64,000 bases of DNA from Octopus bimaculoides (taxonomy: Eukaryota), in NCBI RefSeq assembly GCF_001194135.2, contig NC_068998.1:51220609-51284608 (forward strand), written 5' to 3'. The first letter of the stretch is position 1, and the number at the start of each line of letters is the position of its first letter. This document shows, piece after piece, positions 39,706 to 52,704 of the stretch. Below the pieces are notes generated by a model. The model was not told the DNA's origin. It ran no database searches and saw nothing but the letters and a program-made list of their open reading frames with translations. The translations under genes were made by a program, and so were the position numbers.

Positions 39706-41664
39706 AGAGGGAGGGAGGGAGGGATTGATTTCTAGGTATGTATGTGTAGTGTATGCACGTCAGCAGTCGTCTAGTAGTATTTGTTTGCAAGTGTGAAATA
39801 TTTTTAAATTACAGAAGCTTGTGGCATTTTTCATATAAACACGTACGTACATACACACATACATACAAACATAAGCACACTCGCATCTACGTGAATATGT
39901 AAATATATGCGTGGATGCGTCGTTTTAACACGGGTGTGTTTGCTTGTATGTATGTAATTGCATTATGAAATAGCTTCAAAATATATTATATGAATGAATG
40001 CCTTACGGAGCGTAGATCAATACAAGACACAGATATCATTTGCTTTTGAAACACGACATGGATTTTAGACTGGAAATTACTGGTAAAATATTAATGAAAC
40101 AAAATAAGGAAAACAGCAGCCAAGAGAGATAGACCAGGAAGACGTAAATGGTTGGTTATAAAGTTGATAAATACGGTGTTGAAATTACATGACATTCGTT
40201 AGCTGACATCGTGTTTTTTTCTAATATATTTATAGAAGCCCAAGGAACCCATACCATTGTCGCTAACAACGTAAATACTTCTTACTGAACGGCAACAATT
40301 ATATACATATATATATATACATATATATATATATGTATGTCTGTCTGCCTGTGTGTGTGATAAAGCCTGTATATGATTGGGGATTGTGAGTAAGAATTGG
40401 AAGTGGGGGTTGGCGGCTAGGAAGTAATGAAACCCTGTTAAGACCGTTAACATTCCTTCAATGATAAGTAGTGAAACAGTAGATAAACGAGGGTGGCGAA
40501 TCAATCGCTTTTATTCACCCACCAATAAAGGATCTTTGGTTCGTGTTTCGTTAGCGACTCTAGTAGAAGCACTGAGAAGCCGTCGATAGAGTATCTTCCT
40601 GTTAATAACTGCAAAGTCGGTTCTTTTTTTTTATTTTTTTTTTTAGGTTTTTCGTTACTAAAATTTAGTGGGTGGGTAATGGCTCCAATAAAGTAAAATA
40701 GGAATGGAGCAGGGTCTATAGGCAAAATATGGATTAGAACCACTACTTTAGAGAGTCTACAAGACTGGTGGGGCGGCGAAGGATGTCACCCTCAAATCGG
40801 TAAGCCGGTGGCCTGTCATGAATGCTTGCGACAGAGTGGACTCCGCGAAAGAGACTCAGGGACGCAGTAGTGGTACTAAACCAGGTGACCAAATAAGTCT
40901 GCTGAAGGAGAAATAAACCAAGTTTCTGTATTCAATGACAGAGAATATATGAAGTAATCATTATTCAAATTACCAAATAAAAATTGCAAACCATTGCTAA
41001 CCATAGACAATTTAGGAGAAAATGGGAATTGTAAACTTACCATTTCTTTCGGAAATTCCTCAGTAGCTAAAGTAAACTAAATTAGAATATCCATAACAGA
41101 GAACCGAAACCGACGTAATGGTCTCGGGTGTCCATAAATTACTATGTTACACCGCGACAGTTTCTATAGAACACATTAATATATTCAACTACGCACTTTG
41201 TTTTGCTGAATACAACAGAAAACCACGGAGGTCGTGAAAAACGTAGGCTATTATATACAATGTACAAAATATTATAATGAGATTTTTATCAATGTTTGAT
41301 AAAATGTTGTAAGCAATATCCTCAAATTCGCCTAAGTGAATGTGCTGTAATTACAGAAAGCTACGTTTAAATGAGATGACAAAAGGTGTTGACATCGTTT
41401 TACAGAACCAAAAGAAATAAACATTATATTGTGTTCTTAAACAATGGTTTGAGAGGATGCAACTAAACAATGTGTCTGTAGCAATAACCTATTTCACTAA
41501 TATTTCTATATTATTGATAATTGTAGTGGAAATTATTAAAGTAGAAATTTGAAATACGGATAGATTTTATATTTTAAGTTATGGCTTCGTTTGGCCTAGT
41601 TGTGTGGTTTTGCTTGGTTTTCGTTTGGGTTGGTTTGTATTGTTCAAGAGGACAAGACAACGCT

Positions 41665-41815
41665 CGATCTGTGAATCGAAACTACATCTCAAAACCGTGA
41701 GTGCAACAACCTAACCCCTAAGCCATCTGACCTCGGTGGAATTTGAACTCAGAACTGATGACATGCCGTGAAGCATTTCACTCGGCGTGCTAACTATTCT
41801 GCCCTTTGGCTATCT
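41665..41815 (-). mobile_element. Two adjacent SINE head fragments (family A/D-like, then family B)
   Basis: gaatcgaaac...gtgagtgcaacaacctaacc and acctcggtggaatttgaactcagaac...cggcgtgctaactattctgcc. Confidence 0.65.
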
Positions 41816-42161
41816 ATGTAGCAAATTTATGCACAAAATGTATTCAGAGAGATCGCTTTGTGTTCTCAGAGAGAAAGGCAAAGTGTTTCTTTTCAAGTGT
41901 TTCGAAGGTACGTATGCTTAGGTTTGGCCTTCGCAGTGTGTCACTATAATACAATGGAGAGTAAATACCTTACAACCAAACTTTGTTATTACTAAAAATC
42001 TGTTGGTGTATGCATGTGTATGTATATATATAGTGATAATTTACAAAAAAAAAAAAATAAATAAATAAAAAATAAGACGAAGACGGGTGTGTAAACAACA
42101 AACAGATGTATTAGTTTAACGCTCGGGAAGTGAGAAAGTCTGTTACGTTGTATGTGTATAC

Positions 42162-42220
<59 letters not shown>

Positions 42221-43099
42221 CGTGTATATATATACATATGTATACATGCATATATGTATACACACAATGTGTGTGTGTAGACAGATATATACATACACAC
42301 ATGTATAAAGAGAGAGAGAGAAATAGACCAATAGAAAGGCAGGCAGACAGAGAAAGCTTACGACAATGGGTCAGTACCCGAGCAGTCAGTCGAGACACTA
42401 TTTTCTGTACTGCTTGCTAAAATTCTCCGAACTCACCGACTCCACTTTATTACTTTCTATCTCTGTCTCTCTTTCTTCCTGTGTCTCTCCCCCTCCCTCT
42501 CTCTCTCTCTCTCTCGTTCTGTCTCCCTTCTCCCCTCTCTCTCTCTCTCTCTCCCTCTCCCTCTGGTTCAACCAAGATATTTCTAAAATTATCCTATTCT
42601 GGTTGCTGCGGAATAATGTGTCGACAAGGCAAGAAGAGCAGCTGCTGTTTTAGTTTTTTCTTAATTTTTTGCTGCTGCAATTCAGTTCGTTTACTTCTTC
42701 TGCACATATTACTACATCTATAGTTTCTATTATTAGGCATCATCGAAGAGCGATATTTCATTTCGCCAAAATAGAAATATAAAACGGCCATTTATCACTT
42801 CTCACAATTTGTTTCCTGTGTTCAGTTCAGAATATCGATAATGGTAACTGATATTTTAGTTTGCTGCGCAACAACAAACAACGGTGTGAAATAGCAATAC
42901 CATTCTATTGTAGTAAATAAGTTAATGGTCTCCCTATTAACAAGATTTCACTTAAACACCTGGCACCTGAATCGTTGCATCTCGAAAGCATCGCCTACAT
43001 ACATATTCTGTACATATAGCGTTATATATATATATATATATATATATAAATATATATATGTACATATAATATAAAAGTATATATATATATATAGATATA

Positions 43100-43145
<46 letters not shown>

Positions 43146-43520
43146 TATATATGTACATATAATATAAAAGTGTATATATATAAATATAATAAGTGACAAT
43201 TAGTTGGTTGTCATAATAAAACTCAGAGTTTCGGATGCTGGGGCATCAAATAATCAATAATATCTACGACTTTTAGGAAAATATTTTTCTCTTGCTGCTT
43301 TGAACAATTTCGAAAAATTATAAATTATTTGCTTACCGGATGCAATAATAAACCACGAAGTATGTTTATAGTTATAATTATGTTTATAATCTTTATGTGT
43401 ATTCCAGTTTTTTGAAGAAGTAACCATTCTTCCATTTCGATCTATGTTTAGCTTAGCGTAAATTTTATCTTTAAATTCTTTTTTTGCTTTTATTTATATA
43501 TATACATATATATATATATA

Positions 43521-43960
43521 TAGTGGCACCATTTAATTCAAGAACGCTAGTATACTGATGCTAAAATGGCATATTTTATATATTCAAATTGTAAATTGTG
43601 AATTAAGATGTATATCACAATAAAGGAAATTTCACGATCTTTAACATGGTATACAACTTTATAGCGTAATATCAACATATTAATTCTAAGTTAAAAATAA
43701 ACTATATTTTGTGTAAGTTACTTAATAGTTGTGATGGGTAAGAGACAAAATTTACTTCCAGAAACCACAGCGAGTATCGTTCAGCATAGTAGACTGAAAT
43801 GGCCATATAAAGCGATATCAAACGAAGTTGAATGCTCTAAAACAACCGTCCACAATGCTGTCCATTTTTATAAAGACACTAATGATTATAGAGACCGCTC
43901 TCGACCTGGGCAACCAGGAAAAACAACGGCAAGAATGGATAGAGATATTCATAGATCTAA
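43521..43960 (+). mobile_element. Tc1-like transposon left end and transposase N-terminal HTH fragment
   Basis: MGKRQNLLPETTASIV...YKAISNEVECSKTTVHNAVHFYKDTNDYRDRSRPGQPGKTTARMDR matches the Tc1 pattern (R.GRP.KTT.R.DR). A TIR-like tagtggcacc follows (TA)n at 43521. Confidence 0.8.
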
Positions 43961-44440
43961 CAGATCACCACATGTCTTTGGCAATGTTTATCTTATCGGC
44001 AGAGATATACATTTGACGGTATTGCTACATTCCCGAATGTGAGTTCACTGGCCAATAAATGGCAGTTCCAACCATTTTTCCGATGGTATAGCTATAAATT
44101 CATAATATATTGATGTAAGTTGCAGTGTCTGAAATGTCAAAGAGGAGACGAAATGACGAAACAATTTATTATTCATATTTCATAATACGTTATATAAATT
44201 AACTTAAAATTAATTGCCTTCTAGATAATAAGATTATTATCTTCTTAGCAAAACATAAGAAGAAATATAGAATAGTTCAGCCTTGCTTTGAGACTGTTGA
44301 CCAAAATTACCCGTCCTTCTACCCATGAGTGCTGTTTTGGTTATACCAACTTCCAAAACAGATCTTGTTTATAATGTCTATTAAGAGGCCCCCAAAAGAA
44401 AGCATCAGAATACATCGCAGTAGTCACCCACTGAAGCCAA

Positions 44441-44553
<113 letters not shown>

Positions 44554-44569
44554 ACACACATACTCTTTT

Positions 44570-44920
44570 ATTTCTTTTACTTGCACAGTCATTTGACTGT
44601 TGCCATACTGGAGCACCACGTTAAGGGCTATAAGTCGAAGAAATTTACTTATTCTTCGTAAATTCTTCTATCAAAGTCGTTTGTCGAACCGCTAGTTTAC
44701 GATGACATATATACACCAGATGATTGTCAAGCGATGGTGGGGTAACAAACACAGACACACACACACACATAAATGCATACATATACGACGGGCTTCTTTC
44801 AGTATCCTTCTACCAAATCTATGCAAAAGGATTTGTGAGTGGATACTAGAAGATACTAACCCAAGGTGCCACGCAGTGGGACTGAACCCGAAATCATGTA
44901 GTTGGGAAGCAAGCTTCTTT
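44570..44920 (-). mobile_element. SINE family C, near full length
   Basis: Both the 3' module (gactgttgccatactggagcacc) and the head (cccaaggtgccacgcagtgggactgaaccc...gggaagcaagcttc) are present. Confidence 0.85.
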
Positions 44921-44982
44921 ATTTCATTAAATTGGCTATAATAGCCTTACATAGAGAAAGAAGGTGTGGGCTGGACACAGAC

Positions 44983-45013
<31 letters not shown>

Positions 45014-45364
45014 TGTGCGTGTTCATCTGTTGGCATCCGTGTGTGTGTGTGTGTGTATTCATATGTAATTTTATGAAATAATAAAACGAATATCGTACGC
45101 TCAGTCGTCAATTTTTATGAGACGTACATACTGCTGATACATACTAATAATAATGATACGATTAAATTTAATAATCATAGCTGTTTCTGCTGTACCATCG
45201 ATATGTTGCCTCATAACATTAAATTTAATAAACATTGTTATTACTGTGGAAACTTTGTATTCAATTGTATTATTGTAGTTTCATATTCAAAAGCACTAAA
45301 CATGTTTCCAGTATCAAAGACTCCATTGTATTGCTGGATATTAGCATTCTTTTCTTCGTCTGTT

Positions 45365-45545
45365 CCTTTACTTGTTTTGATCATAGAACTGCGGCCATGC
45401 TGGGGCACGATTTAAGAAGTTTAGTCAAAGAAATCGACCTCAGTGTTTATAGATTATTTTACCAGTTTCTCTTGCCAAACCTCTAATTTACGGGAACGTA
45501 TCCCGACACACACCAGTTGTAAAGCCAGAAGCAGGCAAACACTTA
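45365..45545 (-). mobile_element. SINE family C, degenerate 3' part
   Basis: actgcggccatgctggggcac...ttagtcaaagaaatcgacc. Confidence 0.65.
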
Positions 45546-45705
45546 GGTGCGCGTGCAACCACCTAGAGGCACACATACACACATAACAATTCACACACAC
45601 ACACACAATAAATAGTGTAGCCAAATCAAAGTGGTAGTTGAATGTTACTACTAGTTTAAGCCCAGGCGGATTCTCTGCCGGCTGGATTTCGGTGCAAGCT
45701 CTTCA

Positions 45706-45707
<2 letters not shown>

Positions 45708-45756
<49 letters not shown>

Positions 45757-45918
45757 NNNNNNNNNNNNNNNNNNNNNNNNNNNNNNNNNNNNNNNNNNNN
45801 NNNNNNNNNNNNNNNNNNNNNNNNNNNNNNNNNNNNNNNNNNNNNNNNNNNNNNNNNNNNNNNNNNNNNNNNNNNNNNNNNNNNNNNNNNTCTCTCTCTC
45901 TCTTTCTCTCTCTCTCTT

Positions 45919-45949
<31 letters not shown>

Positions 45950-46022
45950 CTCTCTTTCTCTCTCTCTATCTATCTCTCTCTCTCTTTCTCTCTTTCTTTC
46001 TCTCTCTCTTTCTCTCTCTCTA

Positions 46023-46073
<51 letters not shown>

Positions 46074-46116
46074 TTCTCTCTCTCTCTTTCTCTCTCTCTC
46101 TTTCTCTCTCTCTTTT

Positions 46117-46157
<41 letters not shown>

Positions 46158-46182
46158 CTCTCCCTCTCTCTTTCTCTCTCTT

Positions 46183-46265
<83 letters not shown>

Positions 46266-46382
46266 NNNNNNNNNNNNNNNNNNNNNNNNNNNNNNNNNNN
46301 NNNNNNNNNNNNNNNNNNNNNNNNNNNNNNNNNNNNNNNNNNNNNNNNNNNNNNNNNNNNNNNNCTCTCTCTCTCTCTCTCA
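45708..46382. repeat. Long compound (CT)n/(CTTT) polypyrimidine tract spanning two gaps
   Basis: Direct inspection. Confidence 0.95.
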
Positions 46383-46384
46383 CT

Positions 46385-46420
<36 letters not shown>

Positions 46421-46981
46421 TATGTGTATGTGTGAGTATATGTGTGTAAATATATATTTGTACACACATACATATATACATACGAATACCTATATCTGTG
46501 TATATATATATATATATTTCTGTCTATATATATATATGTATATATACATACATACTCATCTATATGTGGCAGATATAGCGTTACAATCTTACCAGACTGA
46601 ATTCAATTTGATAGATATTGATACAATAACAAAACAACTCAAATAATCATTAGGAGAAGAACATAAAACGAACAGGACAAAAGAACCCGAAGCTATGTAT
46701 TTATGTCTTCTTGTACATAATGAATGTAATGTGTTGTGTATTCCTTTGTTACTTTACAGGCTCTGGTCATTAAACTCCAGCCTTAGAGTCGATTAAGCCG
46801 ACTTCATTGGCAATTGTATTGATTTCAGGAACAATATATTTTGACCAGCCGTTAAAGATATATCTCTAAGCGTGTATGTGCATATGTCTGTGTGTGTGAG
46901 TTTGTGCGTTTGTGCTTCGGTGTATGTATACATATACGTACCCATCTTATACATCAGTGTTTGAGAGTATGTATGCATATA

Positions 46982-47196
46982 CGAGGGGGTGTTGAAAAGT
47001 TCCTGGCTGAAGGGCATCGCGAAGGGCCTGGCTGGAGACCAACCCTTCCCAGTTCTTTTACAGGGCTTAGAAAAACTGAAGGACCGCTGCAATAAGTGTG
47101 TGAATCTGAGAGGGGAATACGCTGAATAAAATCGATATTAAGTTATCCTCCTGTATTATTTTAACCCAAAGCCAGGAACTGTTCAGCACCCTTTCG
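46982..47196 (+). mobile_element. Internally deleted mariner derivative (MITE-like, 215 bp)
   Basis: 27-bp TIRs cgagggggtgttgaaaagttcctggct and agccaggaactgttcagcaccctttcg match at 23/27, with TA on the left flank. The interior retains the transposase C-terminus GLEKLKDRCNKCVNLRGEYAE* (47064-47129). Confidence 0.9.
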
Positions 47197-47462
47197 AATG
47201 CGTCTATAAGACAGATACATAGATGAGCTTAAGATGTAGATATAGAGATATACCCACATACACACATGTATAGCCATACATGCGTGTATCTATAATATAT
47301 TTTATATGTGGAGAACGTAAAAATACGTAAATACCATACATATATACACTGATACATAAGTATACACGCACACACACACACATGCATGTACACACACACA
47401 TGCATGTACACACACACATGCATGTACACACACACACACATACACACACACACATACATACA

Positions 47463-47506
<44 letters not shown>

Positions 47507-48714
47507 TATTTCAATGTCATTAGGGTATGTTACCCGACAATTTCCTGTTTTATGTTCGTCCAGGGATATTGTCTACCAGACAAAACGGAAAACTGTAAAA
47601 TGTTTGTGCAATAAGACAAAATCTCAGACCGACGAATATCCATAAACTTTTATGATGACAAACAAAGGATAGTTCAGGGAGCAATGCATTTTCCTTCTAA
47701 AATTTACAATGGTTTACCTTCATTCAATACAAACAGTACCTGACAATACTTTGCGACTACTGATTGAATACTTCCCCTGTAGCATTCGAGATAATTTACC
47801 TGGTAAAATGACTTGCGCTTTACATTCCGTGTGTGTGTGTGTGTGTATCTGTGTGTGTGTATAAAAATAATGCATTTCTAAATCTCTCGTGCATATATAT
47901 TTGTATGTATGTATATATACACTACGTACTACGTACAAATGTGTATGCTCGCCTGTTTATATATTATGCGTATGTATGTATACACACACACACACACACA
48001 CANNNNNNNNNNNNNNNNNNNNNNNNNNNNNNNNNNNNNNNNNNNNNNNNNNNNNNNNNNNNNNNNNNNNNNNNNNNNNNNNNNNNNNNNNNNNNNNNNN
48101 NNNNNNNNNNNNNNNNNNNNNNNNNNNNNNNNNNNNNNNNNNNNNNNNNNNNNNNNNNNNNNNNNNNNNNNNNNNNNNNNNNNNNNNNNNNNNNNNNNNN
48201 NNNNNNNNNNNNNNNNNNNNNNNNNNNNNNNNNNNNNNNNNNNNNNNNNNNNNNNNNNNNNNNNNNNNNNNNNNNNNNNNNNNNNNNNNNNNNNNNNNNN
48301 NNNNNNNNNNNNNNNNNNNNNNNNNNNNNNNNNNNNNNNNNNNNNNNNNNNNNNNNNNNNNNNNNNNNNNNNNNNNNNNNNNNNNNNNNNNNNNNNNNNN
48401 NNNNNNNNNNNNNNNNNNNNNNNNNNNNNNNNNNNNNNNNNNNNNNNNNNNNNNNNNNNNNNNNNNNNNNNNNNNNNNNNNNNNNNNNNNNNNNNNNNNN
48501 NNNNNNNNNNNNNNNNNNNNNNNNNNNNNNNNNNNNNNNNNNNNNNNNNNNNNNNNNNNNNNNNNNNNNNNNNNNNNNNNNNNNNNNNNNNNNNNNNNNN
48601 NNNNNNNNNNNNNNNNNNNNNNNNNNNNNNNNNNNNNNNNNNNNNNNNNNNNNNNNNNNNNNNNNNNNNNNNNNNNNNNNNNNNNNNNNNNNNNNNNNNN
48701 NNNNNNNNNNNNNN

Positions 48715-48761
<47 letters not shown>

Positions 48762-49056
48762 CACGCACACACACAGAGGCAAGTATATATGTATAAATTA
48801 TGTATACACACACACAAATACATGTATATATGTATATATATAAACTCATGAACATGCTCATCCACACACATAAAGACGTTCGCAACTAATGTGGTCCATG
48901 CATTGCAATTGCAAACGATTAAAAGTAGCCATCGCTAGTGAAGGTGACACTCATAAATTTTGAATCGCTCACCACTCCCTCCTCACCTCTCTCTCACAAT
49001 TACTCACCCACCCATTTCCCACTTTCTCTGTTTCTCCTTCTCTCTCGTTGTCTCTC

Positions 49057-49100
<44 letters not shown>

Positions 49101-49713
49101 CAAAAGGTGATAGACCCCGATGGCGCCAAAACATTCCTGAGGATCGTAAATAAGGAATGAAGCCCATCATGTATATATCATGACGTGATATATACTATAT
49201 ATGTGTATGCGTGTGTATGTATGGGTGTATGCATACATATATACATGTACGTACATGTATATATATACATATATATACAGAATGTACATATATATATCCA
49301 CATATGAGTATTTACTCACAAACATTCACACATATGCATAGATAAATAAGTTGATGGTTGGATGTTTGAATGTAGTGACAATCTAGAAAACTATGCAAAA
49401 ACTACAAATTTTACTGATTAGATTTTGGACTGCATTATGTGCGCATACACATACGTGTGTATGTGCGCTCATGTTCGGATGTGTGCGTGTGTAGGCCCGA
49501 GGCCGCGCGTGTGTGTGACATGCACACACACACATGTATATGTATGTATGCATCTAGGCAGTTCGACGATAATTTAACCGATTGAAACTTCGAAGTCACT
49601 GCCAATAATATTCGTGTTTCAAAATAATAAATATTAATGTATATATATGTGTATGTATAGAAAGAAAGGCAGATAGACAGACAGATAGATAGCAGATAGA
49701 CAGACATGCAGGT

Positions 49714-49751
<38 letters not shown>

Positions 49752-49761
49752 NNNNNNNNNN

Positions 49762-49800
<39 letters not shown>

Positions 49801-50523
49801 TAAACAAAGATAGATCGATCGATCGATCGATAGATAGATAGATAGATAAATGACTATATATATGTGTGAATTAGTTTATGTACATAACTACATCACTTAA
49901 CACCAGCGTCACTAATACCTCATACTATAAACTCGAACAAGAACCGCATACACCGAAGTATGCGCAACTTTTTTCAACAACAACGCTGTTCCTTTTGTTT
50001 GTATTGCAAAAGAGAAACTTCACATTATGAACACTAAAATCTTAAAGGAAACGCATATCATAATTACCATTTTCGAGTCTCCTAATTTCGTGGCTAGACT
50101 TGAGGAAATCTATTTAATCTCATTGAATATGACAAATTATTGATTTTGCTAATATTGTTTTACTGCAAACAAATTTTCGTCTCGTTTATTATTTCGTTTA
50201 CTTACTTCCATCACCATTTTCAATAAACCTAAGATTGAAGCCAGCCATGATTCAATATATTTTATTCAAATCTATAATTAGTGTTGCGATATTAAGAAAG
50301 ACCATTTATTTACTCAAACATCGAGCAGTTTTTTTTTCTTTCTAACGAATGACAGTTTCTTGTATGTATGTGTACATGTGCGTGCGTGCGTGTATGCGTG
50401 CGTGAATGATAGAGGGATGGATAAATAGAGAGAGAGAGATAGATAGATAGACAGATATATAGATAGATAGGGAGGTAGCTAGGTAGATAAATAGATAGAT
50501 ATACATATATACAGACATATACA

Positions 50524-50554
<31 letters not shown>

Positions 50555-50669
50555 TATATACATATATATACACAGATGGATATATATATGTGTGTGTGTG
50601 TGTGTATATATAAATAGGAGAGGATGAGGATGAGGAACAGGAGGAGGGGAGGAAGAAGAAGAAGAAGAT

Positions 50670-50990
50670 CTTTATTCTGTTAGACATGATATTAGAACAT
50701 GTTGAAAAAATGTAAGATGAAAAGCCAACCTGGAAAAAGCAGACCACGTAGAATTCCAAAAGTGATCCAGGAGAAGCTATCCACAACAATTCATATAGAA
50801 GCCAACATTCTAACCAAACAGCAAATTCTCTCGAGCACAAGCCATTCAAACTGGAATCGATTAACTAATGTCAAGCTGCTGAGTCAGAGCAGAAAACAAC
50901 GAATCGATGCTCCGACAAACTTGATGAATAACGAGAAGACCATTAGGTTTGCAACACAATTTTCTGTTGGGCGGAGCAATGTCTATCAAA
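50670..50990 (-). mobile_element. Highly decayed 3' end of a CR1/L2-group LINE
   Basis: Minus frames give QQKIV...SSSLSEHRFVV, NGLCSREFA and FWNS, in the same order as this LINE clade's C-terminus, followed by AATAAA and a (TTC)n tail. Confidence 0.5.
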
Positions 50991-51267
50991 AGGAGAAAAG
51001 TAATAAAAATCTTTGCTATCCGATTCTTGTGGTATGTTATTACACAGTATTTTAAATAATAGTGTTTCTGTAAATCCTGTCAGTCTTTTTATTGGGACTT
51101 CACGCCCAAGGGAGAGTTGTTGGTAGATGAGATATACTTACGGGAACATTTAATTTCATTGATGAATGGGAATAAAGTGACAGAGGGGAAAGTCACATAA
51201 GGATCCATGAACCATAATTGAGATTTTCCAATTACTGGAGGTTACTAAAAATTTTAACAGTAGAAAT

Positions 51268-51313
<46 letters not shown>

Positions 51314-51314
<1 letters not shown>

Positions 51315-51492
51315 GAGGAGTGGCTGTGTGGTAAGTAGCTTGCTTATCAATCACATCGTTCCGGGTTCAGTTCCACTGAGTGACAACTTGGTCAAGTGTT
51401 TTCTACTATCGCCTGGGGCCGACTAAAGCTTTGTGAGTGGATTTAGTAGACGGAAACTGAAAAAAGCCCGTCGTATATATGTTTATGTGTGT
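51314..51492 (+). mobile_element. SINE family C, 5' half
   Basis: gagtggctgtgtggtaagtagcttgct...ccgggttcagttccact...gtggatttagtagacggaaactgaaaaaagcccgtcg. Confidence 0.9.
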
Positions 51493-51496
51493 GTGG

Positions 51497-51630
51497 TTGA
51501 GTGGATTGGAGCAAGTTGAAATTAGATGTTTTGCTTAAGAACACAACACACCATCTGGTCTGGGAACCGAAACTACGATCTTCCGATCGTGAGTGCAACA
51601 CTGTAACTACTAGGCCAAGTGCCTCCGCTA
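51497..51630 (-). mobile_element. SINE family D
   Basis: The minus strand reads gcggaggcacttggcctagtagtta...gtttcggttcccagacc...gttgtgttcttaagcaaaac. Confidence 0.85.
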
Positions 51631-51788
51631 GAACTACATTAATTGAAATACCCTTCTTTTTAAATAGTATACTTTAAGAGAAATTCGGCTAGTTTTTCTT
51701 AGGCATGGAAGCACTTTTGTCGTCTCGGTGTCTGTCAGTGGTTAGATCCCAGAATGTAATAGACATAAGGATAGACCGAGAGACAGGG

Positions 51789-51840
<52 letters not shown>

Positions 51841-52361
51841 GTTGGTTGATTGACGAAGACAACTAGAAAATAGCATGATTAATAAGTGCGTTATGTAGCC
51901 AAATAGCTCAATTAATTACTAACCAATGGAATCCTTGGATTGGAACTAAAACTAATTAAAACGTTACCGTTGGAACCAAACTTTTATTCAGAGATCTAAA
52001 TTAACTTCCAACACAAGGAATCATTGAAAGAAAAACTAATTAAAACGCTACTTCGTAGATTTTAAAATTTGATTGAGGATTTATAATTCGTAAGGAATTT
52101 TGATTCTTCGTTTAATTACGACTAATGACTCATTAATGTGATATTTATTCATTATTTGACTCAGTGTTTTTACGTTTCCTTCTAAGAGATACCGATTTCA
52201 TTTCTTGCAATTCTTTATTTGACAATTCACGTGTCTTTTATATCTTTCATTCGGAAACTTGGCGTCGCATCAAATGAATAACTTCCATTGTTTTATTTGA
52301 AATTAAAATTAAATGTTAAAGTTTTATTTCATATTATAATGGATGTGTGAAAGCCTGTAAC

Positions 52362-52615
52362 GTTTTGGTCTGGGATGCTGGGCTCGGGATCGTGAGATCG
52401 CGGTTTCGATTCCTAGACTGGCTGTGTGTTGTGTTCTTGAGTAAAACATTTCATTTCATGTTACCCCAGCCCATTCTGTTGCAAGTAGGTAACTCTGCAA
52501 TAGACTAGCCTTAAGACCAGGGGATAGTTGGCCTGCTTGCCTAACTAGTCGAGGTGGCATCATTTGAAAGCTAAAGGGATGCGAATTGCATTGTGACCAC
52601 ATTCTAGTCGACATA
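52362..52615 (+). mobile_element. SINE family D
   Basis: gatcgcggtttcgattcctagac...gttgtgttcttgagtaaaacatttcatttc. Confidence 0.75.
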
Positions 52616-52651
52616 ATGGATGTATCGTGATAATGGATTTATGCAAGGGAC

Positions 52652-52704
<53 letters not shown>

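Noticed and set aside
47833-48885. Long ORFs of 270-350 aa (also 29232-30327 and 6358-6846)
   Set aside because: Artefacts of translating N gaps and microsatellites.
50699-51055. 118-aa plus-strand ORF with a GTATGT donor-like site at 51032
   Set aside because: The opposite strand shows ordered LINE C-terminal remnants (NGLCSREFA, FWNS, AATAAA plus a (TTC)n tail), so this is probably an antisense frame of a decayed LINE. I recognise no domain in it.
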